A stretch of 64,000 nucleotides of DNA, taken from the NCBI GenBank assembly GCA_965263035.1, contig OZ253580.1, positions 2,400,001 through 2,464,000 on the forward strand. The letters run 5' to 3'. The DNA comes from Acidobacteriota bacterium. GTDB lineage: Bacteria; Acidobacteriota; UBA6911; RPQK01; JAJDTT01. The position numbers and the translations under genes are program-made. Below, one piece after another: positions 58,160 through 64,000 of the stretch (its first letter is position 1; each line of letters starts with the position of its first letter). The notes under the pieces are model-generated. The model ran no database searches and had not been told where the DNA came from. It saw nothing but the letters and a program-made list of their open reading frames with translations.

Positions 58160-58405
58160 TCCGGATCTGGACCGAGGGACGTTGTAGGCTCCACCCCGGC
58201 GCGGTCGCACCAGAAGCTCAAGAGCGACATCCATCCGGGCGACCATGGACTGGACCCGGGGATCGCTTCAGGAGGTCAATGGGAACCACCGTGCCAGAGA
58301 GGACCCCCAGGGGGAGGCCCGGCGAAGGAAGCGTAGCGACCGCAACGGGGCCTCCCCCTGGGGGTCAAATCCCGCTTGACAAAGGGTGGGAAGTCCCCTC
58401 CAGCG

Positions 58406-62623
<4,218 letters not shown>

Positions 62624-62681
62624 GGCTTTCCTCCCAAACAGTGTCAGCGAACGCCTACGGGGACCCTCAGGCGTCCATCGG

Positions 62682-64000
62682 CTACGTCGCGGGAGCCTCC
62701 TCCGGCTCCGGCGCTTCGGTCACTATGGATTCCACGCCCTCCCGGCTCTCGGGCCGGCGGCGAAACCTCTTGCGGGGCTGCTCCACCAGCTCCACGTCCA
62801 GACCCAGGGACTGAAGTTCCCGAATCAGAACGTTGAACGATTCGGGAATTCCAGGAGTGTAGTTGGACTCACCCTTGACGATGGCCTCGTAGATCTTGGC
62901 CCGTCCATGGACGTCGTCCGACTTGGCGGTGAGAAGCTCCTGGAGAATGTGGGCCGCTCCGTAGCCTTCCAGGGCCCAGACCTCCATTTCGCCGAACCGC
63001 TGTCCTCCGAACTGGGCCTTGCCGCCCAGGGGCTGTTGAGTGATCAGACTGTAGGGGCCGATGGAACGGGCGTGGATCTTGTCGTCCACCAGGTGGCTCA
63101 GCTTGTTCATGTAGATGTAGCCGACCATCACCTTCTGGTCGAAGGGCTTGCCGGTCATTCCATCGTAGAGGAACGACTTGCCGTCTTCGGGGAGATTCGC
63201 CTTGCGAAGCTCGAACCGAATCTCCTCCTCCTTGGCCCCGTCGAATACGGGCGTGGCGTATTTCACCCCCAGCGATTTGGCCGCCCAACCCAGATGACTC
63301 TCGAGGATCTGCCCCACGTTCATCCGGGAGGGAACTCCCAACGGGTTCAGCAGAATCTCGACCGGAGTCCCATCGGGCAGATAGGGCATGTCCTCCTCGG
63401 GGGTGATGCGAGCGATGACTCCCTTGTTGCCGTGCCTTCCGGCCATCTTGTCGCCCACCGAGAGCTTCCGCTTCATGGCCACGTACACCTTCACCATTTT
63501 GATGACACCGGGCGCCAGTTCGTCCCCCTTCTCGATCCGGCCCAGCCGCTCCTCATGAAGGGAACGCAGGATCTTGATCTGCTTCTCCGTCTTCCGGAAC
63601 AGGCCGGAGAGTTCCTTCAGCAGCTTCGAATCGTCGGGAACCACCTCGGCCAGCTCGCGGTACGGGAGATGCTTCAACTGATCCCGCGAGACCTGGTCGC
63701 CCTTGCCGGCCACCACCTCTCCCTGAAGGTCGATGAGGTCTTCCGCCAGCGTGGCGCCGGACACCAGATCCGACATGGTCTTTGCGGCCTCTTCGCGGAT
63801 GATCCGGATCTCGTCTTCCCGGTCCTTGCCCAGGCGGGCTATCTCTTCAATCTCGATCTGCTGGCTCCTGAGATCCTTGGGCACGCCCTTGCGGGCGAAT
63901 ATCTTCACTCCGACCACCGTTCCTTCGATGCCCGGGGGGGCATAGAGGGACGCGTCCTTCACCTCGCCCGCCTTCTCGCCGAAGATGGCTCTCAAGAGCT
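62682..64000 (-). CDS. rpoB: RNA polymerase beta subunit, 3' part
   Basis: [26 protein letters not shown]. Confidence 0.99.
   Translation of the reverse strand, partial: LLRAIFGEKAGEVKDASLYAPPGIEGTVVGVKIFARKGVPKDLRSQQIEIEEIARLGKDREDEIRIIREEAAKTMSDLVSGATLAEDLIDLQGEVVAGKGDQVSRDQLKHLPYRELAEVVPDDSKLLKELSGLFRKTEKQIKILRSLHEERLGRIEKGDELAPGVIKMVKVYVAMKRKLSVGDKMAGRHGNKGVIARITPEEDMPYLPDGTPVEILLNPLGVPSRMNVGQILESHLGWAAKSLGVKYATPVFDGAKEEEIRFELRKANLPEDGKSFLYDGMTGKPFDQKVMVGYIYMNKLSHLVDDKIHARSIGPYSLITQQPLGGKAQFGGQRFGEMEVWALEGYGAAHILQELLTAKSDDVHGRAKIYEAIVKGESNYTPGIPESFNVLIRELQSLGLDVELVEQPRKRFRRRPESREGVESIVTEAPEPEEAPAT

Larger units (their letters stand above)
56710..58395 (+). mobile_element. IS110-family element
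   Basis: DEDD recombinase; no TIR or TSD; ends inferred from a shared TC core and guide-like matches; TTGACA near the right end. Confidence 0.8.

Overview
GC-rich bacterial chromosome segment, probably Acidobacteriota (inferred from the TonB-receptor type and gene repertoire). It is mostly housekeeping and metabolic genes: rpoB (partial)/rpoC, mnmA, lpxB, cysH plus a sat-cysC fusion, ilvC, pabB, mobA, a split opp-type ABC transporter, a pilB/T/C/A cluster, an NtrC-type two-component system, tRNA-His and tRNA-Ala. The most notable content is non-coding. A family of REP-like hairpins, partly assembled into a ~130-190 bp composite element, is the insertion site for several mobile elements. These are two apparently identical 630-nt ORF-less group IIC introns, one 642-nt ORF-less group IIB-type intron and an IS4 with an 11-bp TSD; each intron carries a candidate EBS1 complementary to the repeat. 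An IS110 lies about 30 bp from another repeat copy, and its left non-coding end carries readable bridge-RNA-like target and donor guides. Also present: a 158-160 bp MITE family, a second diverged ~125 bp repeat (one copy read in-frame as an OppA tail), and a sigma54 promoter with candidate enhancer sites in front of an ECF sigma factor. All calls are by eye; no database searches or folding were run.
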